Origin: an uncultured Clostridia bacterium
GTDB lineage: Bacteria > Bacillota > Clostridia > Oscillospirales > CAG-272
Reading direction: 5' to 3'
DNA: 64,000 nt
NCBI GenBank assembly: GCA_947627475.1
Contig: CANQWE010000003.1
Coordinates: forward strand, 1,005-65,004
Under the pieces are notes generated by a model, which was not told where the DNA came from, did not search any database, and saw only the letters and a list, made by a program, of their open reading frames with translations. How positions within the stretch are numbered: position 1 is the stretch's first letter; every line of letters begins with the position of its first letter. Position numbers and translations under genes: made by a program. Positions 19,082-28,749 of the stretch are shown piece by piece.

Positions 19082-19321
19082 ATGGAAATCAAAAATACTG
19101 TTCTGCATGCCGTCTCTCAGCTGTCCGCTGTCCCTCAGGAGCAGATTTGTCCGGCAGATACCCTGTCTTCTGTAGGAATCCATTCCATAAAAACGGTAGA
19201 ACTGATCGTGGCCCTGGAAGATTCCCTTGGCGTCACCTTCGCAGTAGAGGATCTGGATCCGGAAAATCTTACTTCCGTGGAAGATGTGATCTCTCTGGCG
19301 GAGCGGTATAAGGGCAGGTGA
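19082..19321 (+). CDS. Acyl/peptidyl carrier protein
   Basis: 79 aa. LSSVGIHSIKTVELIVALEDSLG has a carrier-protein helix II layout, with Ser in a G-x-x-S context. Confidence 0.75.
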   Translation: MEIKNTVLHAVSQLSAVPQEQICPADTLSSVGIHSIKTVELIVALEDSLGVTFAVEDLDPENLTSVEDVISLAERYKGR

Positions 19322-19327
19322 GCAGTA

Positions 19328-20776
19328 ATGAATATGTGGGCGTTTCTTTTCGGACGCATGAGTGCCTATCCTGATTCCCTGCTGTTTGACGGGGAGGAGC
19401 AGTGTACCTATCAGCAGATGCTGGAGCAGGTAAGAAAAGTGGGGGATGCCCTTGCAGGCGCGTGCCCGGCTGGAACCAAATGCGCTGTTTTGTGCGGCAG
19501 AGGGCTACATACGGCACAGGCACTGCTTGCCTGCTGGTATGCGGATATGGTTCCTATACCCATGTCCGTCCATTATGGAAGGGGCCACTGGGACGGCATT
19601 ATCGCCGGCACACAGCCCGCCCTGCTTATCACAGATCTGGAACAGTCCGATTTGCACATTCCCCGGTATCATATGGGGGAAAAACGCTTTTGGACAGAGA
19701 AGCCGGTCCCCGCCCCGGACCCGCAGCTGGAGGGCGCGGCGGTGATCCTGTGTACGTCCGGTACTACAGGGACACCCAAGGGAGTAGTCCTTTCTGCCTG
19801 GGGCGTGCAGCAGAACGTGGAAAAAATCCGCCGGTATTTTGCCGTAAAGTCCAAAGATCGGATTTTGATTGCCCGCCCCCTATACCACTGCGCTGTTTTG
19901 ATCGGAGAGTTTCTCACAGCCTTGTGCGGGGGGCTGGATATCGGCTTTTTGGATGAGAAATACAGTCCCGCGGCGGTGCTCCAATTTACAAAAAATCATA
20001 AAATCTCTGTTTTGGGCGGAACGCCTACATTGTTTTATCACCTCGCCGCCTTTATCCGGCGGGATGGACAGCAGTCCCACCGGATCCGTGCCATCGCTAT
20101 CAGCGGAGAATGTCTCCATGAGGCGGCGGCCCGCCAAATTCGGCAGGGATTTCCCGGGACAGATATTTATCACGTCTACGGCCTTACCGAAGCAGGTCCC
20201 CGAGTAAGCTGGCTTCCGCCCAGGGACTTTGATCAGGTGCCTACCTCTGCCGGTATTCCCCTTGCAGGGGTTCAGATCAAAATCGCAGAGACGGACGGCA
20301 CTCCCCTGCCGGCCTATACCCACGGACATATCTTTGTCCGTACACCCTGTAGAATGATCGGGTATTATAACGATCCCGAGGCCACCGACCGGGCATTTTT
20401 AGACGGGTGGCTGGACACAGGGGATATAGGCTATCAGGATGCGTTGGGATATCTGTTTATCCTGTCCCGTGCAGACGACAGAATCATTCAGGGGGGAATG
20501 AATATATATCCCCAGGAAGTGGAAGCGGGACTTGCACAGCTTCCCTTTATACAGGAATGCATGGTTTGGGGGGCGGCCGGTGCGGTGGGGCAGCACATCG
20601 CCGCCGCAGTGGTACTTCGACCGGAAAATCTGGATATGACACACAAGGAGGTGCTGTCCCGTATGGCAGAGGCGTTGCCGCCGTATCAGATTCCGTCGGA
20701 GCTGCAAATCGTAGAAATGCTGCCCAGAAACGCCTCTGGGAAAATTGTACGCAGGAGGCCAACATGTACGAGATAG
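19328..20776 (+). CDS. AMP-dependent synthetase/ligase (adenylate-forming enzyme)
   Basis: CTSGTTGTPKGVVLS, YGLTEAG, GWLDTGDIG and PRNASGKIVRR core motifs. Confidence 0.88.
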   Translation: MNMWAFLFGRMSAYPDSLLFDGEEQCTYQQMLEQVRKVGDALAGACPAGTKCAVLCGRGLHTAQALLACWYADMVPIPMSVHYGRGHWDGIIAGTQPALLITDLEQSDLHIPRYHMGEKRFWTEKPVPAPDPQLEGAAVILCTSGTTGTPKGVVLSAWGVQQNVEKIRRYFAVKSKDRILIARPLYHCAVLIGEFLTALCGGLDIGFLDEKYSPAAVLQFTKNHKISVLGGTPTLFYHLAAFIRRDGQQSHRIRAIAISGECLHEAAARQIRQGFPGTDIYHVYGLTEAGPRVSWLPPRDFDQVPTSAGIPLAGVQIKIAETDGTPLPAYTHGHIFVRTPCRMIGYYNDPEATDRAFLDGWLDTGDIGYQDALGYLFILSRADDRIIQGGMNIYPQEVEAGLAQLPFIQECMVWGAAGAVGQHIAAAVVLRPENLDMTHKEVLSRMAEALPPYQIPSELQIVEMLPRNASGKIVRRRPTCTR

Positions 20777-21861
20777 AAAATAAGCTGATTTTAGAGTTGT
20801 GTAAATTTTTAGATCCGGACAGAGAGAAAATCGCCGCGTATATGAAGGAAAGCCTTCATTGGCCATATATTTTGGGGCAGCTGCTATTCCACCGGGTGGG
20901 GGGCGCTGCATATTACACCCTGCTTTCCTGCGATCTGCTGGCAGGGGTGCACCGGGAATGCCGTCTCCCTTTGCAGATGCTGTTCGATGGAAACCGGGTA
21001 AAGGGGGAAAGCATGCAGGCGGCACTGGAACTACTTGGGAAGGCTCTGCCGACGGACATACCGTACGCCCTTTTGAAGGGAGCCTATCTGACCGGACTGT
21101 ATCCAGCGGGCCTGCGTACCTCCAACGATATAGACATTCTTCTGAGTGGAGAGCATCTTTCTGTTCTGGAGGGCGCCTTGCTGCAGGCAGGCTTTTTGCA
21201 GGGAAACATCCGCAGCGGCGCCTTTATACCCGCAGACCGGAAGGAAATCGTGATGTCCCGGATGACCCGGGGAGAGACGGTGCCCTTCATCCGGACGGTC
21301 CACTTGCCCCAGATGGAGTATCTGGAAATCGATTTGAATTTTTCTCTGGATTATCAGCCAGTGTCCTCCGCCGATACCGTATCCGCCTTTCTTAGCCGGG
21401 CGCAGCCGCTAATCCAGGCCGGGGGCGCCTGCCTCTATACCCTGGAGCCGGCAGATTTTCTGATCCATTTGTGTTGCCATTTATATAAGGAAGCAACGGT
21501 TTACGCCTGGGTGGCTATGGAACGGGATACATCCCTTTATAAATTTTTGGATTTGTATCTGCTTTTACACACTTGGACCGACCCGAACTGGTATAGGGCG
21601 CTTGAGTCGCTTATTCATCGGTACGGATTGGAGCAGGAATGCTACTATGCCCTGCTGCGCACCAAAGAGCTGTTTCATATAGAAAAACCCTATTTGGATG
21701 CGCTTCTTGTGGGACTCTGCCCCAAAGACACAGCCTATTTGCAGCAGATCATCCATCCTGGAGAAGGCAGGACCTATTATTATACAGACGTGTTTGCAGA
21801 TTGGGTATTTACCAGCAGAAAGAAGGAGAGACTTTATGAGATTACAGATGAAACCCCATAA
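20764..21861 (+). CDS. Nucleotidyltransferase-family protein (uncharacterised NTP_transf_5-like)
   Basis: ALLKGAYLTGLYPAGLRTSNDIDILL resembles the uncharacterised nucleotidyltransferase family found in some RiPP clusters. The ATG at 20764 overlaps the ligase stop. The track ORF starting at 20407 is a read-in artefact. Confidence 0.6.
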   Translation: MYEIENKLILELCKFLDPDREKIAAYMKESLHWPYILGQLLFHRVGGAAYYTLLSCDLLAGVHRECRLPLQMLFDGNRVKGESMQAALELLGKALPTDIPYALLKGAYLTGLYPAGLRTSNDIDILLSGEHLSVLEGALLQAGFLQGNIRSGAFIPADRKEIVMSRMTRGETVPFIRTVHLPQMEYLEIDLNFSLDYQPVSSADTVSAFLSRAQPLIQAGGACLYTLEPADFLIHLCCHLYKEATVYAWVAMERDTSLYKFLDLYLLLHTWTDPNWYRALESLIHRYGLEQECYYALLRTKELFHIEKPYLDALLVGLCPKDTAYLQQIIHPGEGRTYYYTDVFADWVFTSRKKERLYEITDETP

Positions 21862-22486
21862 TCAGCCAGGATATTTGTTTGTTTTCTGTGGGCTGGACGG
21901 AAGCGGGAAAACCACACAAATCACATTGCTGAGAGAATTTTTTCGCAGGATCAACATGGATATATCTATCACGAAACAGCCGACGGACGCCGTGCGAAGC
22001 TCTCCGATATTCCGGACCTATATGGACAGCCCCGACCACAGTATGTATGATTACCGTGCACTGTCCCTGTTGTGTGCGTCTGACCGGGTACAGCACAGCA
22101 ATCAGGAAATTCTTCCAAAAATTGCAGCGGGGGAAGTGGTTATTGCAGACCGGTATTTTTATTCCTGTCTGGCCAATCTTCGGGCTAGGGGGTATACAAG
22201 TGACCGGTGGATCTATGAGGTTTCCGGCTTTGTTCCCAAACCGGATCTTGCATTTTTTTTGGATATTGATGTGGACACAGCCATCTCCCGAGTGCGCAGC
22301 AGAAAGCAGGAAAAAAACCGATATATCGATACGGCGCTGCAGCACTGCCTGCGGGAGCAGTATCTGAATATTGCAAGAGAAAACGGCGGCGTTGTCATAG
22401 ACAGCAGCCTGCCGGTAGAGGAGATCTTTCAGACGATTTGCTCTAAGGTTATGCAAAAGCTTTGCAAAACCACGGACATGCATTAA
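21836..22486 (+). CDS. Thymidylate-kinase-like P-loop kinase
   Basis: FVFCGLDGSGKTTQITLL P-loop and an ADRYFYS motif typical of the dTMP kinase fold. RBS AAGGAGAG. It overlaps the upstream gene. Confidence 0.7.
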   Translation: MRLQMKPHNQPGYLFVFCGLDGSGKTTQITLLREFFRRINMDISITKQPTDAVRSSPIFRTYMDSPDHSMYDYRALSLLCASDRVQHSNQEILPKIAAGEVVIADRYFYSCLANLRARGYTSDRWIYEVSGFVPKPDLAFFLDIDVDTAISRVRSRKQEKNRYIDTALQHCLREQYLNIARENGGVVIDSSLPVEEIFQTICSKVMQKLCKTTDMH

Positions 22487-22500
22487 AGGAGAAAAGATGT

Positions 22501-23478
22501 ATGCTTCTTTCTGTAGAGCCGGTGCGGCAGGAATACTTTAGCTGTATCGATAGCGTGGTAGCTACAGCGGCAAATTATTTTGGTCGACCCGCTGCATTGA
22601 TGTTTTTAGGATACATGGGATTTTCGTATTCCCCTGACAAAAAAGGCGCCTACACCTATGCAGACAGGTTGTCCTACGGTGTGCTGCGGTATTCCCGGTA
22701 TACACTGGAGCAGTATTACAATATAAAGGTAAGCTGGGGGCATCCCGGGCAGTATAGGGTGTTGGAGCAGGTGATTCAGCGGGAGCTGGGGTACGACCGG
22801 CCTGTCGGAACGTATCTGGACAGCTTTTACTGCCCTTGGAACGCCGCCTATCAGAAATTTCATATTGAACATTTTGTGCTGATCATCGGGCAGGATACAG
22901 ACAAGGGGCATTTCATCTGTCTGGATCCCTATGCCTCAGAGGATACATATTTTCTTTCTGTAAATCATTTGAAAAAAGGATTTGGAAAGTATATTTTATT
23001 TGAGGCGCAGGAGGCGCGGGATATTCGCGCGTGCCCGCTGCCGGATATTTTAAAGGAAAGCCGATATACCTGCCAATACGAGCCGGTTTTTGAAAGAGCA
23101 TATAAAGGTATGCGACAGTTTGCCTTGGATATTGGAGAAAAGCTGGACATGGATCTGGAAGCCAAAAGGTGGAGAGGAGACCTGTCGAATACCAAGCTGC
23201 TGCGTCAGATCAGCACCTTTGGCAAAAACCGCACAAAGGTTTCTGTTTCCCTGACCGCTTTGGGAGAACTTTTTCCCAACAGAACGCTTGGGGAAATCGC
23301 GCGGCACACTGCCCTGCTGCGTCGGCAGTGGGATCATGTGAATACCCTGCTGATGAAATTTTATTTTTCCAGAGATCCGTCTTTACAAATTATCCTGCGC
23401 GATAAACTGCTTTCTATCGCGCAGGAGGAGCGCCGCATTGCATGGGAGCTGATTCAGCTGGCGGAGGGAGGATCGTAA
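22501..23478 (+). CDS. BtrH-N-like / papain-fold acyltransferase or peptidase
   Basis: The N-terminal nucleophile context YFSCIDSVVATAANYFG and downstream HIEHFVLIIG..D suggest a Cys-His(-Asp) papain-like arrangement, as in carrier-protein:acceptor acyltransferases. This is pattern recognition only. Confidence 0.5.
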   Translation: MLLSVEPVRQEYFSCIDSVVATAANYFGRPAALMFLGYMGFSYSPDKKGAYTYADRLSYGVLRYSRYTLEQYYNIKVSWGHPGQYRVLEQVIQRELGYDRPVGTYLDSFYCPWNAAYQKFHIEHFVLIIGQDTDKGHFICLDPYASEDTYFLSVNHLKKGFGKYILFEAQEARDIRACPLPDILKESRYTCQYEPVFERAYKGMRQFALDIGEKLDMDLEAKRWRGDLSNTKLLRQISTFGKNRTKVSVSLTALGELFPNRTLGEIARHTALLRRQWDHVNTLLMKFYFSRDPSLQIILRDKLLSIAQEERRIAWELIQLAEGGS

Positions 23479-23506
23479 TGCATCCGACAGCAGAAAGGAA
23501 TTTTCT

Positions 23507-25162
23507 ATGAAAGTTATTACAAAAGAGATGCTTCAAAGCCCCACGGTTACATTGTCCTGGCAGAGAAAAATCGGGATTTTGCTGGACAGAGACACGGCGT
23601 TGCTGTCTGCAGTATACAACTGCTACAGGCGCGGCATTACGTTTGTACCCCTGGACGCGCGCTGGCCCAGGGATCGGCTTTGCGGGATCCTGCAGAATGC
23701 CGGCGTGGACACAGTGCTAACTGCCAGGACTTACGCGGATCGCTTCGCGGAGGCAACGATCCTGTGCGTAGAAAACGACGTGGTAGTAGATTTTACTCCG
23801 CCTGAAGAAGAAAACAATATGGCATATTATGCCCACACTTCCGGTACTACCGGCACGCCCAAATGTATTGCCATATCCCGCCCTTCCCTGGATCATTTTA
23901 TTGCGGGAATGGGCGCCATAATCGATTTTTCTCCGGGGAAACGGATCTCCTGTCTGGCTGCGCCTTCCTTTGATGTATTCATGCTGGAAAGCATAGGGGC
24001 CCTGGAGATGGGGCTTTCCATTGTGCTTGCTAATGAAGAAGAACAGATCAACCCGAAGCTTCTGGGCGCGCTGATTACAGAAGGCCAGGTCGATATCGTG
24101 CAGATGACACCTTCCAGAATGCAGCTGCTGCTGAATTTTGATCCCAGTGTCTCTTGTCTGGCCAATGTTTCAAAAATTCTTCTGGGAGGAGAGTCTCTGC
24201 CCAGGCCCTTGCTGGAGGTACTGCGGGCAAACACCACCGCCAAAATATATAATCTGTACGGCCCTACAGAAACAACTGTGTGGGCTACGGCTGGGGAGAT
24301 GACAGAGGCAAACCATATTCACATCGGCCGGCCCCTTCCAGGTGTGGAAATTTATATTACAGATGCTCAGATGAATCAGGTTCCCGCTGGAGAGACCGGG
24401 GAAATCTGTATTGGAGGAACGGGCCTGGCCTGGGGATATGTAGGCAATGCAAAGCTTACAGAAGAGAAGTTTCTGACCCTGCCCGGCCGTCCCGATACAA
24501 AAGTATACCGGACAGGGGACTTGGGACGGTTGCTGCCGGGGGGAGACCTGGAATATTTGGGACGCAGGGATAATCAAATCAAAATACGGGGTCACCGGAT
24601 CGAACCGGAAGAAATTGAATTTTATCTGAACCAGATTCCTGGCATCCGGCAATCTGTGGTAACAGGCCGCAGCGTTTCTGATATGGATATAGTTTTGGAA
24701 GCGTATTATGTGGGAGACGCCTGTTTTTTATCCCAGGAGATCATACGCCATTTGGAGCAAAAGCTGCCTGCATACATGATTCCTGCCGTATACAAGCGGG
24801 TGGAGGCCTTTCCCCTGTCTTCAAACGGAAAGATCAACCGGAACAGTGTTTTCCAATGCAAAGAAATGAAAGGGGAGGAACCTGGGGCAGAGGCTTGCTC
24901 TATGACAGAGCGGCAAAAGAAAATTTTATCGGTCATCACTTCCAATATTATTCAGCCGCCCGCCGATCCAGTGCGTTTAGACGCGGCGCTGGCCGAAATC
25001 GGAATTGATTCCATTACGTTTATCCGGATCGTGATTGCACTTGAGGAGGCATTTAACATTAAATTTGAAGATGAAATTTTAATTCTCTCCGAATTTCCTA
25101 CAGTGAAAGACTTAATAGACTATGTGGATGAAAAAAATTTGCAGCAGGATGTACCTGCATAA
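23507..25162 (+). CDS. Stand-alone NRPS-like adenylation-thiolation (A-T) didomain protein
   Basis: YAHTSGTTGTPK, NLYGPTETT, YRTGDLGR, GRRDNQIKIRGHRIEPEEIE and SSNGKINR motifs. C-terminal carrier motif EIGIDSITFI. Confidence 0.88.
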   Translation: MKVITKEMLQSPTVTLSWQRKIGILLDRDTALLSAVYNCYRRGITFVPLDARWPRDRLCGILQNAGVDTVLTARTYADRFAEATILCVENDVVVDFTPPEEENNMAYYAHTSGTTGTPKCIAISRPSLDHFIAGMGAIIDFSPGKRISCLAAPSFDVFMLESIGALEMGLSIVLANEEEQINPKLLGALITEGQVDIVQMTPSRMQLLLNFDPSVSCLANVSKILLGGESLPRPLLEVLRANTTAKIYNLYGPTETTVWATAGEMTEANHIHIGRPLPGVEIYITDAQMNQVPAGETGEICIGGTGLAWGYVGNAKLTEEKFLTLPGRPDTKVYRTGDLGRLLPGGDLEYLGRRDNQIKIRGHRIEPEEIEFYLNQIPGIRQSVVTGRSVSDMDIVLEAYYVGDACFLSQEIIRHLEQKLPAYMIPAVYKRVEAFPLSSNGKINRNSVFQCKEMKGEEPGAEACSMTERQKKILSVITSNIIQPPADPVRLDAALAEIGIDSITFIRIVIALEEAFNIKFEDEILILSEFPTVKDLIDYVDEKNLQQDVPA

Positions 25163-25177
25163 AAAGGGGGGGCTAAT

Positions 25178-26578
25178 ATGAAAAAATATTTCTATACTGT
25201 CACGTTGCTGATTTTGCTTCTTTTTGCAGGCTGCAGTGAGCATCCGGTGCAGCCTCCTGCAGAGGATGCACCCGCAACCACCGCAGCCACCCCTGTGGAG
25301 ATTGATATGGAAGCGCAGGGGCACGTAGAGCAGTTGCATGACTACGACTCACCTTATACAATTTGCTATAGAAACAGCGATGATACGTATTCCATGTATG
25401 TGTTTGCCGGGCCGGTGCAATACAAGGGAGAGGACGGATATCAGGTTATTGACAACGCCCTTATCCCCTCTGAGAGGGAAGGTTTTTTCTTTGAAAACAA
25501 AGCAAACGAAGTGAAAACTTATTTTCCAGAGACGTTGGACGGGGTCTTTCGCATAGAAAAGGGAGCAGATTATATGGAATTTGCCCCGCAGTGTTCTGCA
25601 GAGGGATTTTCCGCGGGAGAAAAAACGGATTTCACCAATATGTACGGGGACACTGTGGAGGCGGTGGTCTATCAACGTAGCGATATGGATATGGCGTTTT
25701 ACCCCACCAAAGCTGGGATCAAGCTGGAGATTGTGCTCAAGGAGCGTCCGGATGCAAACGATTTTTTCTTTCGGGTAGAAAGCAATGCTGTGGGATTTGA
25801 AAACAAGAAAAACGGCTATATCACCTTTCTTAAGGGAAACCAGATCAAAAATATTATCTATCAGCCGCTTGTGCAGTATACAAAAGCAGGAGAGGCCCAA
25901 ATGAGTACAGACGCCTATATGAATGTAGAGAGAAAGGAGGGCGATATCATTGTACAGATGATTGTTGGGGGTGCAATTTTTCATGAAAAGGGGGATACCG
26001 AATACCCGGTCCGGCTGGATCCTTCGTTTGAAATGTACTTGAACAAAATGCCTGATTCCACAGTATATGAAAAAAAGGATGTCAATCAGTACCTGGCCAA
26101 TTATGCAGTAGTAGGCAACCATCCTTATTGGGGCCAGAGCCAGCACTATATGCGTCTGCGGCTGAATTACTTTATGACGGTAAACGGAGAGGATATTGAA
26201 GATGCAAACTTCTTTGTGCGGCCGTTGTTGAGCTGCGGGGTTCCGGAGGATTTGAGAGCCTACGAAGCAGAGTCCCAATGGTCCAGCACCCAGATGCTGT
26301 GGGACACCAAAGTATCAGAGGGGGAACCCCTTCAGACGTATGTGGAGGAAAACGGATATTGGAAGCTGCCCATGCGCGACTATATCAGGGAGTGCTTTGG
26401 AGATCCTACCTGGCAAAAGGAGTCTGTTGGATTTCTGGTGCGCGGAGAGGAGGTGGGAAAATATGGAATGATAGCAACCTCGGATAACACCCTGTATACC
26501 CCCTATTTGAGAATTGACTTAAATCAGCTCCCCATTTATTTTGAAGCAAAGGACAATATCAATCAAATTCAGTTTTAA
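25178..26578 (+). CDS. Lipoprotein of unknown function
   Basis: Lipobox LLLFAGC after a signal peptide. 466 aa, with RBS AAGGGGGGG. Confidence 0.7.
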   Translation: MKKYFYTVTLLILLLFAGCSEHPVQPPAEDAPATTAATPVEIDMEAQGHVEQLHDYDSPYTICYRNSDDTYSMYVFAGPVQYKGEDGYQVIDNALIPSEREGFFFENKANEVKTYFPETLDGVFRIEKGADYMEFAPQCSAEGFSAGEKTDFTNMYGDTVEAVVYQRSDMDMAFYPTKAGIKLEIVLKERPDANDFFFRVESNAVGFENKKNGYITFLKGNQIKNIIYQPLVQYTKAGEAQMSTDAYMNVERKEGDIIVQMIVGGAIFHEKGDTEYPVRLDPSFEMYLNKMPDSTVYEKKDVNQYLANYAVVGNHPYWGQSQHYMRLRLNYFMTVNGEDIEDANFFVRPLLSCGVPEDLRAYEAESQWSSTQMLWDTKVSEGEPLQTYVEENGYWKLPMRDYIRECFGDPTWQKESVGFLVRGEEVGKYGMIATSDNTLYTPYLRIDLNQLPIYFEAKDNINQIQF

Positions 26579-26751
26579 AAATGATTTATTAGGAGGATTT
26601 TACAAGGAAATTAATTGTGAGATAGGTTACTCGGGTAGACAAATTGAGGAAATTTGTATGGATAAACAAAATACATAATGGTATTTCCAAATATTCAAAT
26701 ATTGTAGAAGAGAACAGTACTAACAAAAAATAATAAAACTAGGAGAAGAAA

Positions 26752-28071
26752 ATGAAAAAAATAAAATGGGTTGCGTTTTTTCTAGCTCTGACATTGTTAC
26801 TTGTGGCAGTACCGGTTGGAGCTCAGCAAGGTACTATCGCGTCTTATCGGGCATTGTCCGCAAGCGGGCAATTTGTTTACGATTCTATGACCATCACAGA
26901 AAATACAGATTGGTTGGAATGGGCAAAAAATTTTGCACCTGACATGCAGGAGGAATATATCAACTTTGTATCTGATTCAGATAATCGGGAAAATCATATT
27001 GGAATTTTTACTGTTCTTTCAGCAGAGGTTGTTGACATTGAACAGGTTCCGAATGGAATGGTAGACGCATATTATGAAATTGATACATATTTACAAACAT
27101 ACGAAGAAGTGGAAACCTATATAGTAGGTGTAAACTATACGGTTTCAGAGGAGACCAGCTATTACACCAACGGTATCAGTTACAGAATGGTAATCATCGC
27201 TAAGATGGATGGGCAGTGGTACAAGGTACAGGAAGCGCATTGTACCCGATCTATGCTGGAAAACAACGGCAATCAGGAATATACTAAAACTGCGTTGGAA
27301 AAGTTGGATGAAAAGGAGTCACTTGCGTTGACCGGATATCGTGCCATGTCCAAGGAACAAGTAGAAAACTTAGAAAAGCAGGGGAAGTCTGTATTCCAAC
27401 AGGCACAGCAGACGCGTTCTACCAATGCTGTTGGTACGCAGGCAGCTGCAGCGAAGGTAGGCGTGGAAAATCATAAAGTAATCAAGACTATTCGTGTAAA
27501 AATGACGAGACTTTACGGTGAGCCTGTGCACAGTGTAAATATGGAAGAATATATAAAAGTAGTATTGGCAAATGAAGTGTATCCAACTTGGAATGGTGAT
27601 GCGTTACGGGCTTGTGCAATGGCAGTTAAAATGTACGGATGGTATCGGGTTTTAGTGCCGAAATATCCTGGAATGGGCTATGATGTAAAAGATACGTCTG
27701 TAGACCAGAATTACAATCCCAGTGGAGCAAACGTGGGGAATGCCAATATTGTGCGTGCCTGTAATGATATCAATACGGCGATTCTTTTAAACAGCGATTT
27801 TAACTTTTTCTGTACCTATTATAAAGCCGGGCCCCAAAATGTGGATCCATATAGTGTAACAACACCCTATCAGGCAAATGTAAGCCATCCCCAATACTGT
27901 GGAGATTTATCCCAATGGGGGGCACAGTATCTTGCAAAAAACTATGGAATGTTGGACTGGCATATTTTATATTTTTATTATGATTATTCAGGAAGACCAG
28001 ATGGAAGTACAGGACAAACATATTGGTTTTATTATTCAGATTATTTCTATGGATGTTATATGTATCATTAA
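26752..28071 (+). CDS. Secreted protein with SpoIID/LytB-like C-terminal domain
   Basis: Signal peptide present. EEYIKVVLANEVYPTWNGDALRACAMAVKMYGWYR resembles the SpoIID motif. The gene is visibly AT-richer than its flanks. Confidence 0.5.
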   Translation: MKKIKWVAFFLALTLLLVAVPVGAQQGTIASYRALSASGQFVYDSMTITENTDWLEWAKNFAPDMQEEYINFVSDSDNRENHIGIFTVLSAEVVDIEQVPNGMVDAYYEIDTYLQTYEEVETYIVGVNYTVSEETSYYTNGISYRMVIIAKMDGQWYKVQEAHCTRSMLENNGNQEYTKTALEKLDEKESLALTGYRAMSKEQVENLEKQGKSVFQQAQQTRSTNAVGTQAAAAKVGVENHKVIKTIRVKMTRLYGEPVHSVNMEEYIKVVLANEVYPTWNGDALRACAMAVKMYGWYRVLVPKYPGMGYDVKDTSVDQNYNPSGANVGNANIVRACNDINTAILLNSDFNFFCTYYKAGPQNVDPYSVTTPYQANVSHPQYCGDLSQWGAQYLAKNYGMLDWHILYFYYDYSGRPDGSTGQTYWFYYSDYFYGCYMYH

Positions 28072-28218
28072 ATACGAATTACTTTTTAAAAGAAATCGTA
28101 TCAGCAGCCTTGACAAAAACAAGGCTGCTGATATATCTTATTAATATCAATATATTTAATGTCACAAAACGTTTTTGCCGATTGTTATATAGTTGAAAGA
28201 TCCGTCGGGGGGAACAGT

Positions 28219-28749
28219 ATGAGCGATTTTACTCTTATCAGAGAAATAGCATCTGGGAATATTGCCGCACTGGACACCCTGTATGAAAAATACAGGGCAG
28301 ATGTTTATCGGTTGGCCTATATGATGACCAGGCACCCGCAAACTGCAGAGGATGTGATGCAGGATGTTTTTCTCGCCGTGGTCAGGGGAGCCCCCGGCTT
28401 TCAAAAGGATATCAGCGTGAAGGGATGGATTTTGACCATTACACGCAACACTGCCATTAATATGCTCCGGCACGGCGCCAGGGTATATTCGGTGGGGGAG
28501 GAGATAGAATGGCTCAGTGACGGGGAGGCGCCAGACCCCTTCGCCTTTTCCGAATTGCTCAGCGAACTGAGCGCGTCAGAGCAGGAGATCATTATTTTGC
28601 ATATTGTATACGGACACGGACATAAGGAAATTGCGAAAATGCTTTCCATTAAGCACGATACTGTGCGCAAACAGTATCAGCGCGCTCTGAAAAAGCTGCG
28701 CAATAGTTTTGAGATAGAAAGGAGAGGACAACATGCCCCGGACGCTTAA
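28219..28749 (+). CDS. ECF-type RNA polymerase sigma-70 factor
   Basis: Region 2 (YEKYRADVYRLAYMMT..AEDVMQDVFL) and region 4 (IIILHIVYGHGHKEIAKMLSIKHDTVRKQYQRALKKL). Confidence 0.85.
   Translation: MSDFTLIREIASGNIAALDTLYEKYRADVYRLAYMMTRHPQTAEDVMQDVFLAVVRGAPGFQKDISVKGWILTITRNTAINMLRHGARVYSVGEEIEWLSDGEAPDPFAFSELLSELSASEQEIIILHIVYGHGHKEIAKMLSIKHDTVRKQYQRALKKLRNSFEIERRGQHAPDA

Noticed and set aside
20407-20763. Upstream part of the 484-aa track ORF overlapping the AMP-ligase 3' end.
   Set aside because: This is an alternative frame of the ligase gene. The nucleotidyltransferase-like protein begins at the ATG at 20764, which overlaps the ligase stop.
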